From Octopus sinensis (lineage: Eukaryota): a stretch of DNA of 64,000 nucleotides. Position numbers and translations under genes: made by a program. The notes beneath the pieces were generated by a model, which made no database searches, was not told the origin of the DNA, and saw nothing but the letters and a program-made list of their open reading frames with translations. The stretch covers positions 103,912,001 to 103,976,000 of the forward strand of contig NC_042999.1 in the NCBI RefSeq assembly GCF_006345805.1, given 5' to 3'. Shown piece by piece: positions 25,446-36,940 of the stretch (positions are counted from its first letter, which is position 1; each line of letters begins with the position of its first letter).

Positions 25446-25447
<2 letters not shown>

Positions 25448-25477
<30 letters not shown>

Positions 25478-25777
25478 GTTATGCACCCTTTCCAAGACAA
25501 GCCAGGCACATGGGCCTGGTTGCTGTAGCATATGTGTTCCCCCCAGCTGGACAGGACGCCAGTCCATCACAGTGTTACTCAAGAAACAGGAAGAAAGAGT
25601 GAGAGAAAGTTGGGGCGAAAGAGTATAACAAGGGTCACCACCACCCCCTGCCGTAGCCTCAAGAAGCTTTTAGGTGTTTTCACTCAATAAACACACACAA
25701 TGCCTGGTCTGGGAATCGAAACCCTGATCCTCCAACCGCGAGTCCACTGCCCTAACCACTGGGCCATTGCACCTCTA
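25448..25777 (-). mobile_element. V-SINE-like tRNA SINE with poly(A) tail and 11-bp TSD
   Basis: rc head 'ggtgcaatggcccagtggttagggcagtggactcgcgg...ggtttcgattcc'; 'gatggactggcgtcctgtccag' V-domain-like motif; ~30 T on +; TSD cttactgcctt at 25437-25447 and 25778-25788. Confidence 0.85.
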
Positions 25778-25795
25778 CTTACTGCCTTAATAATA

Positions 25796-25834
<39 letters not shown>

Positions 25835-25835
<1 letters not shown>

Positions 25836-26062
25836 CGTTTCTACTGAAGGCACATGGCCTGAAATTTCGGGGGAGGGGACTAAGTCAATTTCATCGACCC
25901 CAGTGTTTCACTGGCACTTAATTTATCGAGTTAATTTATTGACCCTGAAAGTATGAAAGGCAAAATTGGCCTTGGCGGGATTTGAACTCAGAATATAAAA
26001 ACAGATGAAATACTGCTAAGCATTTCACCCAGCATGCTAATGATTCTGCTAGTTCACTGCCT
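25835..26062 (-). mobile_element. SINE family B
   Basis: Same Meta-like core; (AAT)n tail at 25788-25833. Confidence 0.8.
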
Positions 26063-26554
26063 AGGTAATAACAATAATAATGTTACTACTATCGTTGCTG
26101 CTATTATTACCACTACCAGATAAGCTACTACATCTGCAGTGTCCTAATACTACCTACTATGCTGTCTGTTACTATGATTACTACTACATTACTATGATAA
26201 GTTTTAACACTACCACTACTACTACAACAATGATATTGTTACCTGCATGTAAGCGACACTACCACCACAACAAAATTATTGCAAACACTACCATCAACAC
26301 CACTACTATCAACCATCACTACTGCTACCAAAACAACAGTAGCCATCACCACAAGGTAAGAAGGGAGATTCTCTCTACACAATTGTTTTGGCTGCTATTT
26401 CTAGCAGCCAACTTTTTACACAACACCAGCCTACCATCTTCAATGTGATAGGGAACCTCCTAAAAAAAGATGAGAAAGTCATTAAGATAAGTCAGTCACT
26501 GTTTGAGTGTCAGATCTGCTCTATTAGTGTTGACATGAAACTTCAACTATAACA

Positions 26555-26780
26555 CTAGGCCAATGAAAGGAGCCTCTATGTGGTTGCCTGAAATGCTAGA
26601 AATAGCAGCTAAATCTTCTTTAAATTACACCCTGCCATTTTTAAAATAAAAGACATGTTACATAATGTAGTTCAGGTTACATAATTCAGGAAAAAAAGTT
26701 AACAAAAAAAAAAAAGAAAGAAAATGGGATGGTTTACAGCTTGAATATCATTTGGTCATAAGTCTTCCTGGTTGGTGTTC
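26555..26780 (+). repeat. Family G repeat, best-preserved 5' structured domain (HDV-like candidate 26564-26622)
   Basis: aaaggag/cttcttt stem, cc-tctatgt-gg, tgcta-GAAA-tagca, gctaaat. Confidence 0.7.
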
Positions 26781-27227
26781 ATTTGGGTCTAATAACAACA
26801 GTATATCATGTCTTTAGAAGTTAAAAATAAAGGGTGGGGAAAAACTGCGCAAGTGAATTCTATATTTGCAAAGAGAAATTTTAAAAAATGAAATGAAATG
26901 AAATGCTATCCTACCAAAGCGCCACACCTCTACATCAATCATCAGCGGTGAATCATGATTAAAGAGTGAGTTTTTCCATGTTGCTTTTGTTATTTTTTTA
27001 TTTATTTTTTATTTTCTTTATTTTTATTACTTTTATTTTTTATTTTCATTCTCTACCTCCATCCTACTTTTCTCTTTACTTTTGACACAGATTGTAAAAT
27101 TGCACCGAGAATGAAGTTGGGAGAGTGGGGGGGGGGATCAAGGACAAGGAAAGCAATTCATTCATTCCATAAATATGCTCCTAATGCATTTTCTAATAAT
27201 TATAACATATCAGAGGCTGAACCAACA

Positions 27228-27289
27228 TGAAAGAAAGAAAGAAAGAAAGAAAAAGAAAGAAAGAAAGAAAAAGAAAGAAAAAGAAAGAA

Positions 27290-27321
<32 letters not shown>

Positions 27322-27325
27322 AAAT
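27228..27325. repeat. (AAAG)n microsatellite
   Basis: Direct reading. Confidence 0.95.
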
Positions 27326-27472
27326 AAGAGAGAGAAAGAGAGGGGGGGGGTAAATTGATCACTGCAAATGCCAGAAATAGCAGCCAAGTTAACTTCAAAT
27401 GTCACCACCTTAAATTCCTTTAAAAAAAATAATAAAACAACTAGGTAGAATGCCTTGAACTATGTCCTAAAT

Positions 27473-27696
27473 CAGTGATTCCCAAAACGGGGCATATGCC
27501 CCACTGTTGGGACGTGGGATTCTTTTTCGTTTTTCTTTTTTTTTTTCTTCAGTAGGACTTGGAATTGTGAAAATCTTTTTTTTTTTCACAACAAACATAC
27601 TACACCTATACATTTTTTTCTAACCACTGCAGTGGGGAATACATTTTCCTGCTAAGTTATAGTGGGGCCTGGGCGAAAATAAGTTGAGAAACATTG
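27473..27696. mobile_element. hAT-like MITE with 8-bp TSD, inserted in a family-G copy
   Basis: Ends cagtgattccc / gttgagaaacattg; TSD tcctaaat (27465-27472) / tcctagat (27697-27704). Confidence 0.75.
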
Positions 27697-28032
27697 TCCT
27701 AGATACTGTATCTCAGTATGGAATGGGATAAGATAGAATGGTCAAAGCTGGAATCTGTTCCATAATATACCTGTTCCAGTCAATGATAACCTGGGGCTGT
27801 ACAAGAACAAAAACAGTAGCAGCAATATGAAGGGCTTTTTTTTTTTCTTTCTTTTCCATAGTTGCCACATAGGTGCTGGAATAATGGTGTTTGTGGTAAA
27901 ATTCACTTCAAAACTACATGGTTCCAGGCTCAATTCCACTTAACAGCACTTTGGTCAAGTGCCTTCAACAGATCGTACACACGAACACACAGGCTTTGAC
28001 AGTGGTCAATACTTCAGAAAATAGTGTTAACT

Positions 28033-28200
28033 AAGCACATGGCATGGTGGTTAGAGTGTTGGACTCATAATCGTAAACTGTGGTTTCAATTCCTGGATCA
28101 GGTAATGTGTGTTCTTGAGCAAAACACTTCATTTCATGTTGCTTCAGTCCACTCAGCTGACAAAAAAGAGTAATCCTGTAACAGACCAGTGTCCTGTACA
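28033..28200 (+). mobile_element. SINE family C
   Basis: 'gcacatggcatggtggttagagtgttggactc...cttgagcaaaacacttcatttc...cagtccactcagctg'. Confidence 0.8.
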
Positions 28201-28810
28201 AGAAGGTATAGATACACCAGTGAAACCAAGAAACCAACCCTATCAAAATGTCTTTTTCATAAACAGATTTTGCCTAACTGTGAAAAATATAGTGGCCAAA
28301 CTACAAGCTTTTCTCTCTGTGGACAGAAAAAAAAAAGATTTATCTAATGGGTTTCAGCATTTATTAATACCAGTGATCTAGAGAGAGAATAGTAGCTTAT
28401 ATTTATATTTTGTGCCAACTCTGACAGAACTAAATTAGTTTCCTTAACTTGCATATCATAAGGTAGCTTGGGCAAGTATGAATTAATTGATTAATCCAAA
28501 TGCTATTGAGTGCTTCTTGTTATGCAGATGAAATTTAATAATTTCAACTAAGATTAGACTCTAATCACTGTTCTTTGAGAGCTTATTTCATATTATAGTG
28601 CTCAAAATTGGTCACAAAATTAATGTATTTTGACTAAGTACATACACATATACACACACACTTAAACTCAATCCATCAAAAGATTACTTCATATATTAAA
28701 GCGCTGACTAATTAGTCACAAAGATAATTTATTTTGACTTAAAATACACACATGTCCAATTTTTGTTTCAGAGATAGTTGAATGGTTGAGTAAATCTATA
28801 GTGGCTGAGC

Positions 28811-29138
28811 TTTTATCTTTTATCTGTTTTAGTAATTGGCCTGTGGTCATACTGGGGCAGCACCTTGAACAGTTTAGTTGAACATCAACCCCCTAATACT
28901 TATTTTTGGCTCTTTTGGGCTGCTATTCATTCTTTTAGTCTCTTAGTGATGGAGAACAAACACACACACATATATATGATGGGATTCTTTCAGTTTCCCC
29001 CAACCAAATCCACTTTCAAAGCTTTGGTCACCCAAGGGCTATAGTAAAAGACACTTGCCCAAGGTACCACATGGTGAGTGACGTTGGTTGAACCTGGAAC
29101 TACAAGGTTGGGAAGTAAACCTCTTACCACACTGCCAC
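28811..29138 (-). mobile_element. SINE-A, decayed
   Basis: rc tail and head recognisable. Confidence 0.7.
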
Positions 29139-29152
29139 ACATAAGCCTGTAG

Positions 29153-29549
29153 CCTTATCTTTTATCTTTTACTTGTTTCAGTCATTTGACTACGGCAACG
29201 CTGGAGCACAGCCTTGAAGGGTTTTAGTCAAACAAATCAACACAAGGATTTATCTTTTAAAACTTAAAACTTATTCTATAGGTATTTTTTGCCAAATCAC
29301 TAAGTTATAGGGATGAAAACACACCAACACCAGTTGTCAAGTGGTGGTAGGGGACAAACAGACACACACACAGATACATGCATGTATGCGATGGGCTTCT
29401 TTCAGTTCCTATCTACCAAATCAATTCATAAGGCTTTGGTTGGCCAAAGACTATAGAAGACACTGGCCCAAGGTGACACACAGTGGGACACAACCCGGAA
29501 CCATGTGGTTGAGAAACATGCTTCTTACCACACGGCCACACATGCGCCT
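29153..29549 (-). mobile_element. SINE-A, full length
   Basis: rc tail 'tttacttgtttcagtcatttgac' to head 'accacacggccacacatgcgcc'. Confidence 0.8.
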
Positions 29550-29815
29550 ATAGAACTATAGTATTTTTTAAAATCTTTTTATTCATGCATTTATTGGTAA
29601 TTATAGTTAACAACTCTAGTGGAATAAACAGCAAAGTCAAGCTCTGAAAGATCTGGAAATGAAATAACTCAGCAAGCAGCTACTGTTTTGAGGAAATCAA
29701 CTCACAGCTTTACTATGTCATTAAGATATTAAATCCTTTGGCAGTCCAAAAAAAAAAAAAAGAAAAACACTGGGGAGTACTGATAAGCAAAATCTTCCTC
29801 CTCTTGCCTGCAACC

Positions 29816-29856
<41 letters not shown>

Positions 29857-30183
29857 CAGTCCACTCCACTATTAAGCTATGACAACTCACAATCAGCAAT
29901 GGTCATTAACAACTGCATGCTTTATCAAGCATTGCTTTTAGTGTCTCTATAATATGCTGTACTAGTTTGGGATGTATGTCATGCAAAGATTAAATATTTT
30001 TCTCCACACACACAAACACACACATACAATTACTATGGATTCTCTTACAGCTAGTGAAAAAAACCTCCATTTAAACTGGCCTTGTACAGCTCAAATATTC
30101 AACTTGCATTATGTTAAAACTGGCCATATCAGGCCTCTCACACCTAGCCTACAATGTCATTTTAAAAATAGACAATCACATCT

Positions 30184-30350
30184 AGGTGCAGGCTGTGTGG
30201 TAAGAAACTTGCTTCCAAACCACATGTATCTAGGCTCAGTCCCACTGCATGGCACCTTGAGAAAGTGTTTTCTACTATCTCTTTGGGCCAACCAAAGCCC
30301 TGTGAGTTGATTTGCTAGATGGAAACTAAAAGAAACCCATCGTATATATA
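30184..30350 (+). mobile_element. SINE-A 5' half inserted in a MITE-E fragment
   Basis: 'ggtgcaggctgtgtggtaagaa...gaaactaaaagaaaccc'. Confidence 0.75.
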
Positions 30351-30397
30351 TGTACATACATTCATGTGTATGTGTGCATGGGTGGGGGGTAAAAGCA

Positions 30398-31115
30398 CAG
30401 GAGTGGCTGTTTACAGGTGCAGGAGTGGCTGTTTACAGGTGCAGGAGTGGCTATGTGGTTGGGAGGCTTGCTTTCTAACCACATGATTCTGGGTTCGGTC
30501 CTGCTGTATGGCACCTTGGGTCGGTATCTTCTACTGTAGTCTCAGGCCAACCAAGGCCTTGAGTGAATTTAGTAGACGGAAACTGAAAGAAGCCTGCTGT
30601 GTGTGTGTGTATATATAGATAGATAGATATGTATGTATTTGCGTGTCTGTGTTTGTCCCCCCCCCCCATTGCTTGACAACCAATGTTGATGTGTTTATGT
30701 CCCCATAAACATAGCAGTTCAGCAAAAGAGACTGATAGAGTAAGTACTAGGCTTACAAAGAATAAGTCCTGGGGTCGATTTGTTCAATTAAAGGCGTTGC
30801 TCCAGCATGGCCACAATCAAATAACTGAAACAAGTTAACAAATATAAGTATAAAAGAATATATATATACACATATGTATATATCTGTATGTCTTTGTGTC
30901 TGCATGTCTCTCACCACAGCAAAACTTGACAACTAATGTTGGTGCATTTACGTCCCCGTAACTTAGTGGTTCAGCAAAAGAGCCCAATAGAATAAAGTAT
31001 CAGGCTTAAAAAGTTTTTTAAAAAGTCCTGGGATTGATTTGTTCAACTAAAACCTTTCAAGATGGTGCTCCAGCATGGCCACAGTCAAATGACTGAAACA
31101 AGTAAAAGAATAAAA
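30398..31115 (+). mobile_element. SINE-A with a triplicated 5' 22-mer, followed by a second SINE-A tail
   Basis: caggagtggct at 30398, 30420 and 30442; tails end ~30840 and ~31115. Confidence 0.8.
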
Positions 31116-31377
31116 GAGCATCATTAAAATCTCAAAGCTACAAGATAATGCAAGATTAATTCAAACCAATGTGAATCAATAAGCATTGCATTTGATGAAG
31201 TAATCTGAATGCCTAACAGATAAGATATCAGTTAGCATTGGTTGCCTGCACAATAACTGACAGCAACCCATCTCAAACTACCCCTGGTTCTGTGACACAA
31301 ACTTCCTGTTTTCATTTAATCCAAATTAAAATGTTCCATCAAAATTCCTGATAATATATGTTTCAAACTTCAGTTTA

Positions 31378-31809
31378 ATAATCCTTTCTACTATAGGCAT
31401 AAGGCCTGAAATTTTGGTGGAGGGGACTAGTCGATTACACCAACCCCGGTATTTCACTGGTACTTAATTTATCAACCTTGAAAGGATGAAAGGCAAAAAT
31501 CAACCTTGGCAGAACTTGAACTCAGAACATAGCAACGAGCGAAATACTGCTAAGCATATTGCTGGGCATGCTAACAATTCTTATTTCTTTATTGCCCACA
31601 AGGGGCTAAACACAGAGGGGACAAACAAGGACAAAGGGATCAAGTCGATTACATCGACCCCAGTGCGTAACTGGTACCTAATTTATGGACCCTGAAAGGA
31701 TGAAAGGCAAAGTCAGCCTCGGCAGAATTTGAACTCAGAACATAACGGCAGACGAAATACCGCTAAGCATTTCTCCCGGCGTGCTAACGATTCTGCCAGC
31801 TCACCACCT
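31378..31809 (-). mobile_element. Two adjacent SINE-B copies (31378-31577 old; 31578-31809 young, different tail)
   Basis: Meta-like core twice; second copy keeps CpGs and ends rc 'ggtggtgagctggcagaatcgttagcacgccggg'. Confidence 0.85.
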
Positions 31810-32204
31810 TACTTCAGCTTAATAATGATAGATGTTATATTCATTACTTGTGATCAACTTCTTGTTTTCTAATGACAAAAAATTTTACAAAATTCTTCAT
31901 CATTTTCAAAATTAATTGAAACAAAAGCAAAGCATTTTAATAGAAGCATAGTAATGAAAAAGTTATCATGGGACTAACATATGTACACCAGTATCACATG
32001 CAGACTGTCATAAAAAGCACAAATCCACTTTTACATCTGAGACTGAAACAATTAAGAAACTATGGTATGCTATGGTAAGTACTGGGAATGTTTTTCGTTA
32101 CCTTATCCCAATGTAAGTTCAAATGGTAGACTGTGAGATGAGGGAGATTTGGCTGTTATTCTTAGCAGATCAAGTAATCTCTTAGATGGTCTCTAAAAGG
32201 GTAA

Positions 32205-32530
32205 AAACACCCTTTGGTCATTAATGACTATAGGATTGCACCTAGAAAGATCCCCACCAAGGCAAAGTCCAGGCAAGGTTGTTTATGCAGTCGCCCATGC
32301 ATACCAGCCTCCCCCTTTCCATGCCACTGATGTTATATGAGGGAAAGGCAAAGGCTGATACAACTTGGCACCAGTGACATCGCAACTCATTTCTACAGGC
32401 ATGTGAACTGGAGTAATATGAAATAAAGTGTCTTGCTCAAGAACACAACACACAGCCCAGTCTGGAAATCGAACTCACTACCATATGATTGTGAGCCTGA
32501 CACTCTAACCACTGAGCTATGTGCCATCAC
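32205..32530 (-). mobile_element. SINE family C
   Basis: Aligns with 8340-8634 and 60225-60526. Confidence 0.8.
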
Positions 32531-32604
32531 ATGGGTTCTCTAGATGTTCTCTATTCGTCTAATTATTGATTTCTCACATAGGCACAAGGCCTCAGATGGT
32601 GAGT

Positions 32605-33152
32605 GAGTATAGACAATTCTACTGAGTTCAAATTCTGCCAAGGACAACTTAGCCCTTCATTCTTTTGAGGTCGATAAAATAAGTACCAGGGGAACATGGG
32701 GATCAATGTAATTGACTTAACTATTCTTGGGTAAGTGTATGAGAACTGCACCCCCTCTGCTAAGCCATGTCGAGCCAGAGTGACAGAGTATAGACAATTC
32801 TATTGAGTTCAAATTCTGCCAAGGACAACTTAGCCCTTCATTCTTTTGGGGTCGATAAAATAACTACCAGGGGAACATGGGGATCAATGTAATTGATTTA
32901 ACTATTCTTGGGTAAGTGTATGAGAACTGCACCCCCTCTGCTAAGCCATGTCGAGCCAGAGTGACAGAGTATAGACAATTCTATTGAGTTCAAATTCTGC
33001 CAAGGACAACTTAGCCCTTCATTCTTTTGGGGTCGATAAAATAACTACCAGGGGAACATGGGGATCAATGTAATTGACTTAACTATTCTTGGGTAAGTGT
33101 ATGAGAACTGCACCCCCTCTGCTAAGCCATGTCGAGCCAGAGTGACAGAGTA
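32605..33152. repeat. Recent 181-bp tandem triplication (SINE-B fragment + unique flank)
   Basis: Unit starts at 32605, 32786 and 32967, with a fourth 'gagta' at 33148; copies differ at about 4 sites. Confidence 0.95.
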
Positions 33153-33617
33153 GGCTCATCAAACCAGTATGGGCTCAAGCTCAAATTCATGGCCTGCATA
33201 TCAGACCATGGTTGGTGGAGAAAACATGCTGAAGCCTTTGTCCCGCAATGGAATCAACATAGGCAATCCAATACAAATTGAATGATATAAACAAGAAATG
33301 ACAGGATGGTCACAGCAGGAACACTTCTAATCATAGCTCTCACAAAGAGTGGAACTGAGGCCGAAACAACAACAGAACAAAAACTCTAAGAAAGCAAACT
33401 GAGTCAATGAGACAAGCACCATAACAGTCAAACAATTGAACAAATCAAATAAAATTTCATCAGACATAACTGTTCACATGCATTTATTGGTTTGCATATA
33501 CACACACAACAGCTCAACCCTCTAGAAATAGCAACCAATCTCCCTTAGGTTATAGTCTAATACATTAAATTAGCAGGGCCACAATGGACAATTTAGGCCA
33601 TGATATCCTAAAAGATG

Positions 33618-34013
33618 AAATTGCAATGTTATCAGTCCGAATGTGCTTGATGCATGTTTGAACTGAGGAACAAGCTACTCACTGTGTTTTGTCACAGAAA
33701 ATATATCTCACTTGTTGACAAATGGTGTGTATAGTTCAGCTCAGAGCACCATCTACTTTGACTGCGAGATGCTAGCGTTTTGGAGTAGCTATCTCCTCAT
33801 TGGTCACAGACACTAAGCAGACGATGCTACAAACTGAATTAAGAGATTACCTCACTTATGTTCATAGTCTAGGTAGATGGCATTGATCTAGGTGTATAAA
33901 TACCATTTGTCAAGAAGCAAGGTATAGTCTCCATGACAAAACGCAGTTTGTAGCTTGTTCCCCAGCTTGAACATACATCAAGCAAGTTTGAACTGATAAT
34001 AAGATTGCAATTT
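33618..34013. repeat. Long imperfect inverted repeat / foldback MITE (arms ~140 bp, spacer ~116 bp)
   Basis: 33618-33756 is the reverse complement of 33873-34013; ~80% identity over the ~90-nt core by manual count. Confidence 0.85.
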
Positions 34014-35454
34014 TGATTATCATCACTTAGCGTTCCCCCTCCATAAAAAGATGAAATGGTTACCACTAGAAAGTCAATGATCATACATCTACTGGACCAG
34101 AACTGACACACAAAATTTAAGCTGCAAGGTTTAGAAAATTAGGATCTTAAGAACTTTTCCTTTCATCTTTTCTTAAATCTCTTTATCTCTCCAATCTGTC
34201 TGCACCACATTTACTGCCTCCTCTTGAAAATCAAATGCTATAGACCCTCATACAGCTAAGTATATCTCTCCCTTTTCCCATTATGAGTTCCCACACTTGT
34301 TCTCACAATGTGCTTCGTCTTCACTCAATCTTGCACAACTGGTTCACATTATGGGATGTTTTCACTGAGGTAAATTATTCTTTCTACTCTTTTGCTCACC
34401 TATGCCTCCCTTTCTACCTACTTTCCACAGTTGTCTCCTCTTCTTACTCTTTCATACTACACATACATATGTACATGTTCATATTGGTATAGGTTCAACT
34501 ATTTCTCTCTCTCTCTCTCTCTCTCTGCGTGTGCTTCACTAGCTTTAATCATTGTAATAAGGCCATGCTGGAGTAATACCTCCAAGTGTTTTAAGCGGTT
34601 AGATCAATCCCACTATTTTTATTTCAGTATGGCGCTAATTTCATGTTCAACAATATCTATCTATCTATCTCTCTACATGTTCTTTACTAGCTTTAATCAT
34701 TGTAATAAGGCCATGCTGGAGTAATGCCTTCAAGTTAGATCAATCCCAGTATTTTTATTTCAGTTTGGCGCTAATTTCATCAAATTACTAAATTATGCTT
34801 TGCAGGGTTTGATACTCACCACCAGTATTTCACTGGTAAATATAAACATACACACAGCACTATACATGACATAGTTTCTATCTACTGTGTTCCACTCACA
34901 GGGTATTGGTCACTTCAAAACTATAATAAAAGTGGTGCACTGTGGGACTGATATATATAAAGTGTGTGTGTGTGTGACCTGTGCATACATAAATGTGACA
35001 TATAAAAAGCCCCAATGCCAGTACCCCCTTCTCCGGCACATAAAAAAATTTCAAGTACGGAAGACAGAGGGTGGAGAAAGGAGAAACACTGGTGTTGTTA
35101 TCTGTTTGGTGGGATATGAAAGGTTTAGTCCACTTTGAAGTTTTAAACCCAAACCAAGCGATAACAAAGGGGATCTACTGCAAGCAGCTTAAGTCAATAC
35201 TAGAAGAAAAATCATTTGGACGGAAAAAATATGAATTCTGTAGATGAGGTCAGAACAGTAAAGGAGGAGGAGTATTTTTCATCACGGATAAGTGAATTTT
35301 GGAGGAGGGGCTTTGCAAGTCAATCAGATATATGGAAGAATATTGTAGAAAATGAAAGAGAGAATATTTTAGAATGTTGTTTATCTTAATTTTCAAAAAT
35401 AAAAGTTTTAAAAAATTCCATTATTTATGGGATGACCCAATATATCTATGTTTA

Positions 35455-35670
35455 TGTCTTAGAGTCTATGTTTGTCCCCCCACCACCATCGCTTGACAAC
35501 CGATGTTGGTGTGTTTATGCCCCCGTCACTAAGTGGTTCAGCAAATGAGACTAATAGAATAAGTACTGGGCTTTCAATAAGTCCTGGGGTTGATTTCTTT
35601 GACTAAGACCCTTTAAGGCGGTGCTCCAGCATGGCCACAACCAAATAACTGAACCATGTAAAAGAATTAA
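35455..35670 (+). mobile_element. SINE-A 3' half
   Basis: 'gtttgtcccccc...cgcttgacaaccgatg...ggcggtgctccagcatggcc'. Confidence 0.8.
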
Positions 35671-36114
35671 AAGAACAAAAAAAGAGAGCAATGGTGAAAC
35701 AACAACAACTATAAAAGAAAACACACTGCAAAACAACTATGTTTTTAATCTATCTAATATGTAATGATATGTAATAATACAATAAAAGAGATCAATGAAC
35801 TGTAAACTTTGCAAGCCTGTTCAGCTTCTCTCCTCTCTCTATTGGTAAGCAATTCCTCTGCTGAGTTTCCATAGAAACTTAATTCACTTACAGCCAGGAA
35901 TATATTCAAAAGATTGCATAGTAGGAATGAAAATAATATTGTGTGTTTAACCCTTTTGATATTATATCCTGCCTGACACCACCTCAGTTTCTAGGATACA
36001 AAATAGCTGAATTGACAAGTTTTCATGTATCTGAATTCTAAAACCTTGCATCATAATTGTAAGTAAGAAGCATTTTTGTTGTTGTTGTTGTTCCAAACAA
36101 CAGCTTAAATTATC

Positions 36115-36320
36115 ATCTATCTTTTCACTTGTTTCAGTTACCAGACTATGGCGATGCTGGGGTACTTCCTTGAAGGGTTTTAGTCCAACTATTCAACCCC
36201 AATACCTAATTTTTGTTAAGCTAAGTACTTATTCTACTGGTCTCTTTTGGTGCACCACTAAGTTACAGGGACATAAGCAAACCCCCGCAACAGTTCTCAA
36301 ATGATGGTGGTGAGAAAAAC
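36115..36320 (-). mobile_element. SINE-A 3' half, decayed
   Basis: rc tail motifs. Confidence 0.65.
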
Positions 36321-36940
36321 AACACGCACACAGATAATCCACATTACTCTGTAAGGAGTATAGGGCTGGGTTTCCTAGTTTATCTGGCGTATATATTTCT
36401 CTCTGGATGGGACACTAATATATATATATACATACATACACAGTAAAATCAATAAAAGAAATACAGTGAACTGGAATAAGGAATGGAAAATTGAACGTTT
36501 TGGATGTTATGGACAGTCCTTCATCAGGGAAAAAGTTGAAAAGAGAGAAATTAATGAGTGAGCAGAGTTTTACACTCTACTGTCTTTCATTAATTTCTCT
36601 CCTTTTATCTTTTCCCTTGAAGAAAGACTGTATCCAAAACATTGGATTTTCTGTTCCTCATGGCAAGGTCACTGTACTCTTTCATTGATTTTGCTACATA
36701 TTATATAATTCTTGCCAACACAAAACAAAGTAGTTTCATAGGAATCTGTTTGGCCATACATATGTATATACATGTATAAATGTACATAGTTATCTATAAC
36801 TTAATACATTAAAGTGTTCCCTAATAAGCTATTGTGGGTGAGCATTTGGAACACCTATTCTAGGGTTCCAAACAACCATAATGGTGAAATGTGCTTAAGA
36901 ACTATTTCTCATATATATCACTTAAGCATAGAGGGGACTA

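Noticed and set aside
27061-27140. Strong acceptor (long Y tract + CAG at 27090)
   Set aside because: No convincing donor or coherent coding frame downstream.
32004-32074. Open frame ending at ATG|GTAAGT (…TETIKKLWYAM)
   Set aside because: Good donor but no pyrimidine tract at either candidate acceptor and no recognisable protein.
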